A DNA stretch of 64,000 bases from Octopus sinensis (taxonomy: Eukaryota). Positions 1 through 11,897 of this stretch are shown here, in pieces; the first letter of the stretch is position 1; every line of letters begins with the position of its first letter. Where the stretch lies: assembly GCF_006345805.1 (NCBI RefSeq), contig NC_042997.1, positions 189,410,001-189,474,000 on the forward strand. Direction: 5' to 3'. Under the pieces are notes generated by a model. The model was not told where the DNA came from and ran no database searches. It saw nothing but the letters and a program-made list of their open reading frames with translations. Made by a program: the position numbers and the translations under genes.

Positions 1-282
1 ACTGAAAGAAGCCTGTCGTATATATGTATATATATATGTATATGTATATGTATATGTATGTGTGTGTGTGTTTGTGTGTCTGTGTTTGTCCCCCCAACAT
101 CGCTTGACAACCGATGCTGGTGTGTTTACGTCCTCGTAACTTAGCGGTTCGGCAAAAGAGGCCGATTGAGTAAGTACTGGGCTTACAAAGAATAAGTCCC
201 GGGGTCGACTTTCTCTACTAAAGGCGGTGCTCCAGCATGACCGCAGTCAAATGACTGAAACAAATAAAAGAATAAAAGAATA
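1..282 (+). mobile_element. SINE family S1, 3' half (5' part lies upstream of the window)
   Basis: Internal TA/TG microsatellite then TGTGTTTGTCCCCCAACATCGCTTGACAACCGATGCTGG...GGCGGTGCTCCAGCATGACCGCAGTCAAATGACTGAAAC and a TAAAAGAA tail; same sequence recurs many times in the window. Confidence 0.9.
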
Positions 283-1086
283 TATGAATTAGATGAAATT
301 TATTAGAATGCCTTTGATTTTTAGTCATCATTTTGTTGGAAGTTGTCTTATTAAATAATGTCTTTCTGTAGCTCCAGGTCACCATGATCCAACAGACTCA
401 GTGCAATCCACAGAACCATATTTCTCATTCTGACGCGAAGTGGTTGATTGAAAGTTGTGCAATATAACGATCTGGGACTGTTCTCCTCGTACTGACCAGT
501 CTGGCGATGTTCACAACGGCGACAACAAAGGTGAAATCGATGCCAGCCTAACGGCTGCTGCTCTCTGTACTTACTACTGATACTATACATCCTAGCTATA
601 ATTAAGGTTAATGGTGCTTATGATGTTGTTATTTGTGCATATTTGTTGTTGTTGTTGTTGTTTTTTTTATCTGGACTGAGCAGAGGAGTTGTAGATGTTG
701 GTGCAGTAATGTTGTAAAGAGTTTCAGATGTGTCAGTTTAGTGGTGATTACAAATGTAATGATGGTGATTCATAAGAGTTGTAACTTGTTGCAAAAGCAA
801 GCCGTCTGCATCGCATGTCCAGATAGTCTTCTATTTTTAATAATTTTGCATCATCGTGCAAGTGTGTGCCAATAGTGTGTGGGAGTCCAACCTGAGATAA
901 TGTAAAATGTGCTGATTTGCGTTCTTCATAAAAGACTGGATGCTCAGACAGGAATGAATGTATAAGTCATTCCTTACTGTTGCTGTTTCTTTGTGCTGGT
1001 TGAATAACATACCTATGACTGCTAGAAATATATCTGTGCGACGTTTAGCATTCTTTACTATGTCATCTACATGTCTTATGATATAA

Positions 1087-1462
1087 TCTCTCTCTATATA
1101 AAAGGCAAAATGTCTGTCTTTGTGTGTATGTGCGTATCCTTTATACAAATCCACAATTTTTCAGTTAGATGGTTCGCACTTTCTATGGTCATTCAAAACT
1201 GTCCAAGGGTGGTCGTGCACATCTTTACATTCCTCCAGTCACCCTGCAAAGCCATTAAAAAATCAATAGAAGTGACTTTTTTGTGAATTTTCTATCCAAA
1301 ACCCAATCAAAATGCTCGAAACTTGATACGCCAATTGAATGCCAGCTGGCTGTATGTGAGTGGTCGGAGATTTGGACAGTACTCGCGTGTATGTGCGCAC
1401 GCATGCAGCTGTATATGCATGCACTAGCACTATGACCCGGCAACGCCGGGTCATAGTGATAG
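1087..1462 (+). mobile_element. Non-autonomous Helitron (H3)
   Basis: 5' TC, perfect subterminal hairpin CACTATGACCCGGC-AAC-GCCGGGTCATAGTG (1428-1458), 3' ATAG (CTAG variant); inserted between A and T without TSD; empty site GAGATAA/TGTAAAATG visible at 1641-1656. Confidence 0.85.
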
Positions 1463-1711
1463 TGTAAAATGTGCCGTTTTGTGCTTTTCATAAAAGACTG
1501 GATGCACAGACAGGATTGAATGTATAAGTCATTCCTTATTGTTGCTGTTTCTTTGTGCTGGTTGACTAACATGCCTATGACTGCTAGAAATATATCTGTG
1601 CGACTTTCGCATTCTTTACTATGTCATCTACATGTCTTATGAGATAATGTAAAATGTGCTGTTTTGCGTTCTTCATAAAAGACTGGATGCACAGACATGG
1701 TCGAATGTATA

Positions 1712-1947
1712 TATTTCTTTACTACCCACAAGGGGCTAAACACAGAGGGGACAAACAAGGACAGACACACGAATTAAGTCGATTACATCGACCCCAGCGC
1801 GTAACTGGTACTTAATTTATCGACCCGGAAAGGATGAAAGGCAACGTCAACCTCGGTGGAATTTGAACTCAGAACGTAACGACAGACGAAATACGGCTGC
1901 GCATTTCGCCCGGGGTGATAACGTTTCTGCCAGCTCGCCGCCTTACG
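1712..1947 (-). mobile_element. SINE family S3 (tRNA-like head; central block resembles the Deu/Nin domain)
   Basis: Full length; 14-bp TSD TGGTCGAATGTATA at 1698-1711 and 1948-1961; B-box-like GAGTTCAAATTCC on the minus strand. Confidence 0.92.
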
Positions 1948-2082
1948 TGGTCGAATGTATAATTCATCCCTTACTGTTGCTGTTTTTTGTGCTGGCTGAG
2001 TAACATGCCTCCGACTGCCAGAAATATACCTGTGCGACGTTTAGCATTCTTTACTATGTCATCTACATGTCTTATGAGACAA

Positions 2083-2316
2083 TCTCTCTATATATAAAAG
2101 GCAAAATGTCTGTCTGTGTGTGTGCGCATCCTTTATACAAATCCACAATTTTTCAGTTAGATGGCTCGCACTTTCTATGGTCATTCAAAACCGTCCGAGG
2201 GTGGTCGTGCAAATCTTTACATTCCCCCAGTCACCCCGCAAAGTCATTAAAAAAATCAATAGAAGTGACTTTTTTGTGAATTTTCTATCAAAAACCCAAT
2301 CAAAATGCCCGAAACC
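2083..2316 (+). mobile_element. Helitron H3, 5' portion (3' end lost at the CR1 insertion)
   Basis: Close copy of 1087-1320, starting TCTCTCTATATATAAAAGGC at the same unit junction. Confidence 0.85.
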
Positions 2317-2322
2317 TGAATA

Positions 2323-2848
2323 TTCAATTCAATTCAATTCAATTTTTATTGGCTCAAAAAGCAAAAGCAAGGCCATGTAGGGGGACAGGGAGTTATGTAC
2401 AAGGAGGTGGTCATACAAAGAGTTCAGGCCATTTCTGGTCAAGAGAGACTTTGAACCGAGCGGTCGTCGGTATCGTCACTATCTCGTCCGGTAGCTTATT
2501 CCACGGATCCGCAACCCGGACGGAGAAAGCCCCTCTCCTTCGATTGAGATGAAATCGTCATAGATAGAGCTTTTCGGAGTGATCCCACAGCCCACGCTCT
2601 GGAGCAGGAGTGAAGAACAGCTCTTTCGAGAGGTTACACTTTCCGTTATGATGTTGTGAGCAAGAATGAGATCACCACAATGTCGTCGTTTTTCGAGAGA
2701 ATAAAGGTCGAGCGTCTTCAGCCTTTCTTCATAAGACAAATGCTTGAGACCAAGAGCCATGCGGGTAGCCAGCTTCTGGAATCTTTCGAGATGATGTATG
2801 TCTTTGAGGAGATAAGTAGAAGAGGCTTCAATCCCGGTCTCACCAGCG
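2323..2848 (-). mobile_element. CR1-type LINE, 5'-truncated 3' fragment
   Basis: LERFQKLATRMALGLKHLSYEERLKTLDLYSLEKRRHCGDLI, then in another frame FSVRVADPWNKLPDEIV; ends in an (ATTGA)n tail. Confidence 0.85.
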
Positions 2849-4034
2849 TGAATAACATGCCTATGACTGCTAGAAATATATCTGTGCGACTTTCGCATTA
2901 TTTACTATGTCATCTACATGTCTTAGGAGATAATTTAAAATGTGCTGTTTTATGCTGTTTTGCGTTCTTCATAAAAGACTGGATGCACAGACATGATCGA
3001 ATATATAATTTATCCAATAACGTTGCTGTTTCATTGTGCTGGCTGAATAACGTGTCTGCGAAGTGCTATAACTATATCTGTGAGACGTTCAGCATTCTTT
3101 ACAATGTCATCTACATGTCTTAAGAATGTTGAGGAGGTGTTCTTTGTAATTCCTAGTATTTTTGTCATCAGTGTTGTATGTGTGTGGTATGTTCAGGTTG
3201 TTAAGTGGGATGGTTGGTTGCGACTCATGTTCTCTGATGTTGTTGATAAGAGCGGATATGGGTGGGCTTAGTAGGTGTTTCTGTAAAATCTGTTGTTTTA
3301 GAACCAGATTTCTAGGTGGTTGATGTAGGATTGGAGAAATTGCGCTTTACATCAGGGAATAGTGGGAATATATATATATTTTTTGTTTTCACATGAAATC
3401 GAAATGCTTTATTTCTAGTGGGAATATTTGATTGTAATAATCATTTTTGTGCAGTGTTGTGTGTATAATTTGAGGAGTGCGAAAGGTCGTTTCAGTACTG
3501 ATAATTAGTGTAAGCAAAAGGACATATCCTTGAGGCACACCATTCGGAATATTGCAGATTCTTGATAATGTGATACATCATGGGTTTGTCAGCTTGATGA
3601 GTAACACTCTAGCTGACATGTTGAGTTGTTTCTTAGTTCCGGTGAAAGAGGATGTTAGCCATTGTATTTACCAGCGAGGTCGACACTATTAAAAATAAAT
3701 AAATAGATACCGAATTACAGGGAACATAATTCTCTGTCGTAAGTTAATAGGTGTAGTTATATACGGTATAAAGTGTGAGCCATTAACACATTCAAGGAAT
3801 CTCTGTGATGCTATTGTACTTTGCTTTAAATTTACAATAGTTTCGTTCAGTTTTCGATTTGGGGGATTTGACAATGTTGGTATACATAGTTCTATATACT
3901 GGTGAGTGCAATGAGTCTTTTATGTCCTATCGTGACTTTGTTAGGTCTTCAGTTTTTTTTTTTTTAGAATTTGGATTTCAATATGGCTTTTCTTGCGTTT
4001 GTGGGAAGAAAATGATTAAAAGCGTGGTCTAGAT

Positions 4035-4313
4035 CAATGGTTCTCAACCATTTTTTGTTTATGGAACCCTTTGATTCCTATTTTATTCTGCTGCACACCC
4101 ATAGCCATTTTAAAGTTAAAAAATATCCCATTATATTTTTATAATCAAATATTATAAGGAATTGTCTAAACAATCGTCAAAATATTTTGTGCATTGCTAG
4201 AAGTATAACTGATTTGTTGTACATAATTTTTAACAACTAAATCTTATATGGACCCCCAAGGATCACATACCCCCAACCCAAGAGTAATATGGACCCCCTG
4301 TTGAGAACCACTG
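4035..4313. mobile_element. hAT (Charlie-like) MITE
   Basis: TIRs CAATGGTTCTCAAC / GTTGAGAACCACTG; imperfect 8-bp TSD GTCTAGAT / GTCTTGAC matching NTCTAGAN; related fragments at ~11340-11450 and ~58090-58200. Confidence 0.8.
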
Positions 4314-4655
4314 GTCTTGACAATAAGGTAGAAATGTTGTGTTTCGTTTTCCAGTTTTCTTTGATTGATTTTCGGTGGCTGACTTTTTGTTTGTTTTTTG
4401 GAGTGCTGGTGTATTATTTGAAGTTGCAACTATGAATTCAGAGGTAATGCAGTCGTTGTTAGAGTTGTTCATATTGCTAATTATTTGAAACTGCAGAAAG
4501 AAATAAGTAGTAGGTAATGTCTAATTTTGAACTCGGCTATTCGTTATCCGTTATGAGCGAAACAAACACCTTTGAAAAAATATTAATCTGTCATACGTTC
4601 TTTAAGATGATCGTAATTTATGAACGTAAGGCGTAGGAGTAAATATGAGTATATA

Positions 4656-5150
4656 GGCGCAGGAGTGGCTGTGTGGTAAGTAGCTTGCTTACCAACCACA
4701 TGATTCCGGGTTCAGTCTCACTGCATGGCACCGTGGGCAAGTGTCTTCTACTATAGCCTCGGGCCGACCACAGCTTTGTGAGTGGATCTGGAAGACGGAA
4801 ACAGAAAGAAGCCCGTCGTATATATGTATACGGAGGTAGATTCTATATTTTAATGGCGGTGCCTCAGCATGGCCACAACTCATGAGCTGAAACTAGATAA
4901 AATGAATAAAAAGGAAAATATATATATATATGTATGTGTGTGTATATTTTTGCGTGTCTGTATTTCCCCCCCAACATCGCTTGACATTGATAGTGCGTTT
5001 AAGTCCCTGTCATTAGCGGTTCGGCAAAAGAGACCGATAGAATAAGTACTAGGCTTACAAAGAATAAGTCCTGGGGTCGATTTGCTCGACTAAAGGCGGT
5101 GCTCCAGCATGGCCACTGTAAAACGACTGAAACAAGTAAAAGAGTAAGAA
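4656..5150 (+). mobile_element. SINE S1, full length, with an extra tail-like segment at ~4832-4915
   Basis: tRNA-like head GGCGCAGGAGTGGCTGTGTGGT...GGGTTCAGTC, central GCACCGTGGGCAAGTGTCTT, internal microsatellite, S1 tail. Confidence 0.88.
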
Positions 5151-5438
5151 AAATTCAAATTACTATAAAGACGGTTATTTCTTATTAAAACAGAAAATTG
5201 AAAATGGCATGTAGTAACTTTCATACATTTCTGTAAAATACATTACCAATCAACAAAAAATCCATCTCCATAAAAATCTCAATTATTATATCTCTTAACG
5301 TCAGCAATATTTATTTACTTATTTATTCACCTTTTTGTTTTACTTTCTCTAATTCCTATTCAGTTCTCAATCATTGTTTATAGGCTTATTCAAATAACCG
5401 TCGTATATCGCATAAAGTACCTTGACTTTTATTTTATA

Positions 5439-5831
5439 CTAGCAGTATAGCCCGGCACTGCTCGGGTTTGTTTTCTTTTCGACCCTTTAGAATTGGAATT
5501 TTTGAAAAGTAAAAATTTTGCATTATGTAGCTTGTTATTCTCTTTAAGTGAACATTTTTCTGGTTGAAATACACTGAAAAATGGTGACACAGCAGTCAAA
5601 AAATCGTAAAAAGTAGGGATTTTCATAGAAAAAAAGCACCTTTTTGATGTAAATAATTTTTGGTGTTAACATGGTCCGATTTGAATTTTTTCTTCTACGG
5701 AAGAAAGAGCAAGCCTTCTATCATACTCTCAATTTTGTTCAACTTGCGCCGCAAGGTCTCGGAGGAGATAGTGTTTGTTGAAGGCTACCAAACCTGCCAT
5801 ACACAGACAACTTCAGCTTTATATGTATATA
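5439..5831 (-). mobile_element. Non-autonomous Helitron (H1)
   Basis: Minus-strand 3' end CCCGAGCAGTGCCGGGCTATACTGCTAG followed by T; near-identical body at 14939-15333 and 53197-53570. Confidence 0.88.
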
Positions 5832-6569
5832 TTTTTTAGTGATGGACACAGTCGTAAACAATTACATCTTTTTAACATTTAATGTTTCTTTCTCTTTTCG
5901 TTGGCCACTACAATTTTTATGATGTCAAATCCACTGGAGATTTCCTTTTGTGTATCACACATCAACCGTCATTTGGTTTTGAGAATTTTGAGTAAAAATT
6001 CCTCAGTGTCTCATACAAAATAATCTCTAATAAAAAAAAAGAAAAGAAAAAAAAACATAGCATGCGTTTTATGGAATTCGTTTCCCTCTCATTTCCTGAA
6101 TTAGAAAGTTTTTGTTGGACCATTTTCACCTCTAACCAGATACATTTATGTGCTCCCATTCGTGAACACACTTTACACATATGCAACTGTGACACTTCCT
6201 TATTACTTACATAAAATCAGAGCTAAAATTCTGAGGAGGATGTGACGTATTAGTTTCATTCAATCAATATACATATAACATATAACATAGTATTCTCCCT
6301 TATCTAAGAACACAAGTTTTCATATTTTTTATAACCTGACTTTAAATTCACACAGACATATACATACATACGTACGTACATACATACACACATACTCATA
6401 CACGCACACACACTCACACGCACATACATACACACATATATATGTGTGAATGTGTGTGTGTGTGTGAATGAATAAATGCATGTACGACATTCAGTTTTAT
6501 TTCAAAATTTCTTGCCAATTGCGTTATAACATAAAAATATTTTTTTAATAGATAAAGGTGTAACTATAC

Positions 6570-7345
6570 ATAACTGCGTGTTAAAAAGTTCACTTATAAA
6601 CCACATGATTTTCGGTTCAGTCCCACTGCGAGGAGGCATCTTTGGGCGTGAATCTTATAGCCCCATGTCAACCAATGCCCTCTCAGTGATATTGGTAGAC
6701 AGAAACTAAAGGCGGCGATCTAGCAGAAACTTAGCACGCCGGGCGAAATGCTGAGCAGTATTTCGTCTGCTGCTACGTTCTGAGTTCAAATTCCGCCGAG
6801 GTCGACTTTGCCTTTCATCCTTTGGGGGTCGATTAAATAAGTACCTGTTACGCACTGGGGTCGATATAATCGAGTTAATCCGTTTGTCTGTCCTTGTTTG
6901 TCCTCTCTGTGTTTAGCCCCTTGTGAGTAGTAAACAAATAGGTATTTCGTCTGCCGTTACGTTCTGAGTTCAAATTCCACCGAGGTCGACTTTACCTTTC
7001 ATCTTTTCTGGGTCGATAAACTAATTACCAGTCATGCACTGAGGTCGATGTAATCGACTTAATCCGTTTGTCTGTCCTTGTTTGTCTCTTTTGTGTTTAG
7101 TCCATTGTGGGCAATAAAGAAATAAGAAACTGAATGGAAGCTCGTCGTATATATACATGTATATATGTGCATGTGTGTGGGTGCATATTTGTGTTTTTTT
7201 ACCCATTGCAAGAAAACTTGTATTCAGTTGTGAAAGAGACTTATAAGTACTAAGTTTAAAATAAGTGCTCTGGGGCCGATTTGTTAGACTAAACCCTTCA
7301 AGGCGATTCTTCAGTATGACCGTAGTACATTGACAGAAGCAAAAA
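6570..7345 (+). mobile_element. Old diverged S1-like SINE split by an S3 insertion
   Basis: GGTTCAGTCCCACTGCG head at ~6614 and GGTAGACAGAAACT stop at 6707; sequence resumes GAAACTGAATGGAAGCTCGTCGTATAT at ~7126. Confidence 0.6.
6708..7124 (+). mobile_element. SINE S3 head-to-tail dimer
   Basis: Full monomer to ~6940, second monomer lacking its first ~45 nt; possible 7-bp TSD AGAAACT (6701-6707, 7125-7131). Confidence 0.85.
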
Positions 7346-8030
7346 AAAGCAAAAAAAAAAAAAAGCAGGAAGAGAATAGAATTAGTATTAATTAAGGACA
7401 CACACAAACAAACGCATGTTTCTGAAAGAGGGAAAAATATATAGAGAAGGAAAATTACAGCGATATAGAGATGAGAAAAGAAAGATTTCTTAAAAAAAAA
7501 AATGAGAAAAAACTGGCGTCCGTATTTTAAAGAGAAGCAGTAATTTACCGTTTCTACAATTCCTTAAGTGCTTGGATCATTCAAATACCAAAATAGAACT
7601 CTTAAGAGAACACCCAGAAAACACTTATGGAACACACAAAGGAAGTCCGATGAGAATACTTAAGCAAACACTTATGGGAACTGTTATGGGAATATTACAG
7701 TAGAACACTACATCCTCATTGAACGTTACGAACAGAATTTAAGATAAAGCGATTTGTTAATCAGAAATACTACCCAGTAATTTTGCGGACAACAGCTAGC
7801 TATCTAAAACCCTTAAGAGGCACTTTCGTGACCTGATTGATAAGGTATTATTTAGGTTTCCACTGTCAGTGGCACAAATACATTTTTATTTGGTAATGAA
7901 TATACTATTCGGCTCACAATGCTGTTGTTTTCTTTTACCTCAATGTAGTGAAAAAGCATCCTAGCAATTAAATAATATACAAGCTTTGATTTTTTTTTAG
8001 CATACGTTTAAAAACTCCTTTCTACTCATA

Positions 8031-8421
8031 TTTTTGGAAGCACTCCGTCGTTTACGACGATGAGGATTCTGGTTGATCCGAATCAACGGAACAGCCTGCT
8101 CGTGAAATTAACGTGTAAGTGGCTGAGCACTCCACAGACACGTGCACCCTTAACGTAGTTCTCGGGGATATCCAGCGTGACACAGAGAGTGACAAGGCCG
8201 GCCCTTTGAAATACAGGTACAACAGAAACAGGAAGTAAGAGTGAGAGAAAGTTGTGGTGAAAGAGTACAGCAGGGATCACCACCATCCCCTACCGGAGCC
8301 TCGTGGAGCTTTTAGGTGTTTTCGCTCAATAAACACTCACAACGCCCGATCTGGGAATCGAAACCGCGATCCTATGACCGCGAGTCCGCTGCCCTAACCA
8401 CTGGGCCATTGCGCCTCCACT
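8031..8421 (-). mobile_element. SINE family S4, full length
   Basis: tRNA-like head GGAGGCGCAATGGCCCAGTGGTTAGGG...GGTTTCGATTCCC; 13-bp TSD CTTTCTACTCATA at 8018-8030 and 8422-8434; near-identical to 25010-25394. Confidence 0.92.
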
Positions 8422-8926
8422 CTTTCTACTCATAAGGAGATTATTGGTAAAGCTATCTGTTATTATACCGGTGTAACTTCCTGCATTTTAATCCTTTACA
8501 AAGCTACTATAGTTCATAGAACCAGTAATTTTTTTACTTTGCTATCTTACAATTAAGCGGATTGGAAACAAGATCTCTCTAGCCTCTCTCTTACCCCTCC
8601 TTGTTTCCCCTTCTCCATCTCCCTCTCCCTCTCTCCTTCTGTCTTTTTCTCTTGTTGCTAACTTATCTATTTCTACACAGGGAATAAGACAAATACGGAT
8701 TTCTTATATTATATGTCAATAAGTTACAAGCATGGCTCTGTGGTTAAGAAGTGCGTTTCTTCACCGTATTTGCGGATTGCTTCGTACCGCGGGGAGCCTA
8801 GGGCTAGTGTCTTCTACTAAAGTGACTGGGATTGATCTGTCTTCTGAGCGGTACGCAGAAAACTGTTTATTACACTAGCGCGCTGCTTCTATTTCATATT
8901 TGAATATATATATATATATATATATA

Positions 8927-9316
8927 GGCGTTGGAGTGGCTGTGTGGTAACTTGCTTACCAACCACATGGTTCCGGGTTCAGTGTCTTCTACTATAGCCT
9001 CGGGCCAACCAAAGCCTTGTGAGTGGATTTGGTAGACGGAAACTGAAAGAAGCCCGTCGTATATATGTCTACATATATGTATATGTATGTGTGTGTGTAT
9101 ATGTTTGTGTGTCTGTGTTTGTCCCCACAACATCGCTTGACAACTGATGCTGGTGTGTTTACGTCCCCGTAAATTAGCGGTTCGGCAAAAGAGACCGATT
9201 GAATAAGTACTAGGCTTACAAAGAATAAGTCCTGGGGTCGATTTGCTCGATTAAAGGCGGCGCTTAAGCATGGCCGTAGTCAAATGACTGAAACAAGTAA
9301 AAGAGTAAAAGAGTAA

Positions 9317-9318
<2 letters not shown>
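8927..9318 (+). mobile_element. SINE S1 (short internal deletion)
   Basis: Head, internal microsatellite and (GTAAAAGA)n tail; flanked by (TA)n. Confidence 0.9.
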
Positions 9319-9400
<82 letters not shown>

Positions 9401-9455
9401 TATTATAGTTATTTCGATCTTGAAAGGATGGACTTGGTGCAAACATAACTGTATC

Positions 9456-9510
<55 letters not shown>

Positions 9511-9844
9511 ATTAATAGTAATTTTTTTGACTTTTATAGCTTTATAATTTTATGAACTGAACCATGGTTTTAATTATTATTTTTCATCTCCCTATGTGTT
9601 AGTTTTTTTTAAAAAACTATTAGCCAAATATGTATAATAACGGTGCTTATTATATTAATATATACACTGATATATATTTTGTTTTATTTTGTTCTGTTTA
9701 CCTTGCATTATTGTACCATGAGTATTATATTATATAAGTGTAGCATTATGAAGTTTATGTATAAGTTTTTATATTTTACATTTTTATATTTTTATATTTA
9801 TATGTATATGGTTAAATAATCTTTTTCACAATTATAACAAATTT

Positions 9845-9960
9845 AATTCTCTGAAGAGGCCGTGGGGCATCCTTGTTAATGCCTCATTTATACCTGCCTT
9901 TATGGCTTATAGGTTAAATGAGGTATGACTGCCCTCACTGCCGAAACAGCTGTCAGATTT
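9845..9960 (+). ncRNA. Type I hammerhead ribozyme with extended stem II (Penelope-like terminal repeat)
   Basis: CTGAAGA 9851-9857, stem II closing GGC/GCC, GAAA 9943-9946, palindromic stem III ACAGCTGT, GUC cleavage triplet (C9954), stem I TCT/AGA. Confidence 0.8.
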
Positions 9961-10146
9961 GATTTAATTACACATTATATTTGAAATTTTATACTTATAT
10001 CTCTTTGTCTATTTACTTTTACTTTTACTGTATATTTTGTATAATGCCTTTACTGATATGTAATGGTGTAATAAAGTATTGATTGGGTATCATCTGATAG
10101 TTGATGTTTTATTGATTTAAGTATGTTTCTCCATTTTCTAATTTTG

Positions 10147-10217
<71 letters not shown>

Positions 10218-10343
10218 AATAAAATACTGTAGGTAAGTACTGGGGTATATGATGCCTGAAAGCTGTGCCAGCATAGTTGCAGTAAAAGACCAGAATCCTC
10301 AAAGAATACAACACTTAAAGTGGAATGTAGATCCTTTTTAATA

Positions 10344-10560
10344 CAGCATTACATTACTTGATTCAGCCCTTCGCTCCCTATGGAGCGTGGGCCACCGGCA
10401 GCTTTTTTTTCCTTGTTATCGACTCTGGGCCGTCTTTTCTGTCAATCAGTCAATCAGTTAGGCATGTCAAAGTTCTTTCGTCGCTATTCACGATTCTCAT
10501 CAATACCATGCTCTCTCTTCTCCAGATCTGCTTCACCTTAAGCGAATAGTGAGGAAACGA
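10344..10560 (-). mobile_element. RTE-type LINE 3' end remnant
   Basis: Minus strand approximates AQSR...VAHAP*GAKG, resembling the RTE C-terminal AQDR..W...V.ALCS.G.E pattern, followed by a short (GTAAT)n tail. Confidence 0.5.
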
Positions 10561-10671
10561 CTTGGAAAAATCTGAATGATTGACCAAATGATCTATTAAA
10601 CAATCAATTAGCTAATTGGTAATATGTTCATGAATTAACAAATTATTCTTTCTATTATAAATACAAACCCT

Positions 10672-10868
10672 GAAATTTTCGAGGAGAAGACTAGTCGATT
10701 ACATCGACCCCACTGAGTGACTGGTACTTATTTCATCGCCCCCCCCCACCGAAAGGTTGAAAGGCAAAGACGACCTTGGCAGAATTTGAACTTAGAACAT
10801 AAAGCCGGAAGAAATAGCACAAAGCATTTTGTCCGGCGTGCTAATGATTCTACCGGCTCAACATCTTC
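10672..10868 (-). mobile_element. Diverged S3-related SINE (S3b, alternative tail)
   Basis: GTCGATTACATCGACCCC and GAATTTGAAC blocks shared with S3; similar copies at 20405-20545 (-), 41935-42152 (-), 45845-46024, 46321-46545 and 46550-46765 (+). Confidence 0.75.
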
Positions 10869-11455
10869 GAAATGACTAAGAATAATAAAAGAAGTGATAC
10901 AGAAGCAGTGCGTGTGTTTATTATTCTCACGCTGATCCACCCGAGATACATCAAATAAAGAAAGAATGTAGTCATATGCCAATGAAATTAGATGTATTTA
11001 TCAATAGTTAATCAACCTCTTGCTCTTTTACCAGAGTGTCTATTGACTCTTTCCGCTAGCGAAGAAGCCTGGGTCAGTCTTATACAAAATATTCTGCCTA
11101 GAAATACCACGAAGCTCTTTCACTAGATTAGAACTCATAATATGTAAGCAAGTTGTCCAATGCTTCATACAGCAGACTTCTTTGCCTTCTAAAGAAGCAC
11201 TAAAAACCACCCTCAAAATTACATAGCTTTCTTTGGGCGAAGAAGGGGTGTGTCAGCCCATGCGTACCTTTTATCTTTCGCATATTTCAGTCATCGGAGT
11301 GCAACCATGCTGGGGCATCAGTTTGAAGGGTTTAATCCTGTGGATCTTAACCATTTTCAAAAATATATTGATCCCTTTGATTCTACTTGATCCCCATAGC
11401 CATTTGATATTTAATAAAATCCTATTAATTTTTTATAATTAAGGATTATTAGGAA

Positions 11456-11897
11456 CTAGCTGGCCTCGTACCGTCAAAAATTGACGGCTAATTGTAGTAT
11501 TTTATATATAAATAAGGTACAAAACCAAAATTTTAGTTTAATAATTCCTTTATTACCAATTTTGTTTTGTGAAAAATCTATCCGCATCTAACATCCCTTA
11601 ACTGCTTGTTTCCTTCAAAAGAATTTTAAAGTTTTCCTTCCTTCTTGTACGACTTAAGCTGGCCACGACTAAATACGGGAGCTGGCAAGTAAAGATCGTG
11701 CTCTCCATTTACTGAAACCAACCTAAACTCATACGAGCCACAAAAAGCAGTCCGTGACTTATAGTTGATGTTGTAAAAACTCCCTATTTAAAATTTATTA
11801 CATAAATTTCTTAATATAAATAAATTAGGCACATGTATGAACTGTTAAATGTGTATTTATAATATACTTTTCAACTGCAGTCGTTTTATATTCTTGA
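11456..11897 (-). mobile_element. Probable Helitron (H4); 5' end uncertain
   Basis: Minus-strand hairpin CCGTCAATTTTTGACGG followed 11 nt later by CTAG then T. Confidence 0.55.

Larger units (their letters stand above)
901..3126 (-). repeat. Tandem ~185-186 bp unit (about 5 copies) derived from the LINE post-RT region
   Basis: Units at 901-1086, 1463-1647, 1648-2082 (contains a SINE), 2849-2933 (partial) and 2934-3126; each starts TGTAAAATGTG and ends ATGTCTTATGAGATAA or a variant. Confidence 0.9.
680..3690 (-). pseudogene. Degenerate APE-type LINE ORF2 remnant (I/Jockey/R1 group; clade not resolved), interrupted by younger insertions
   Basis: Minus-strand conceptual translation gives IQWLTSSF and NGVPQGYVL (RT motif 4 region, ~3500-3650), KILGITKNTSSTFLRHVDDIVKNA (RT motif 7 and thumb, ~3090-3165) and GLPHTIGTHLHDDAKLLKIEDYL (~820-890), in the expected order, with stops and frameshifts. 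Confidence 0.65.

Noticed and set aside
901-3126. RHVDD in the tandem unit as a repeated RT catalytic (YxDD) motif
   Set aside because: It lies after the motif-7 KILGI segment and matches the thumb-region F..HV..IV.KA pattern, not the active site
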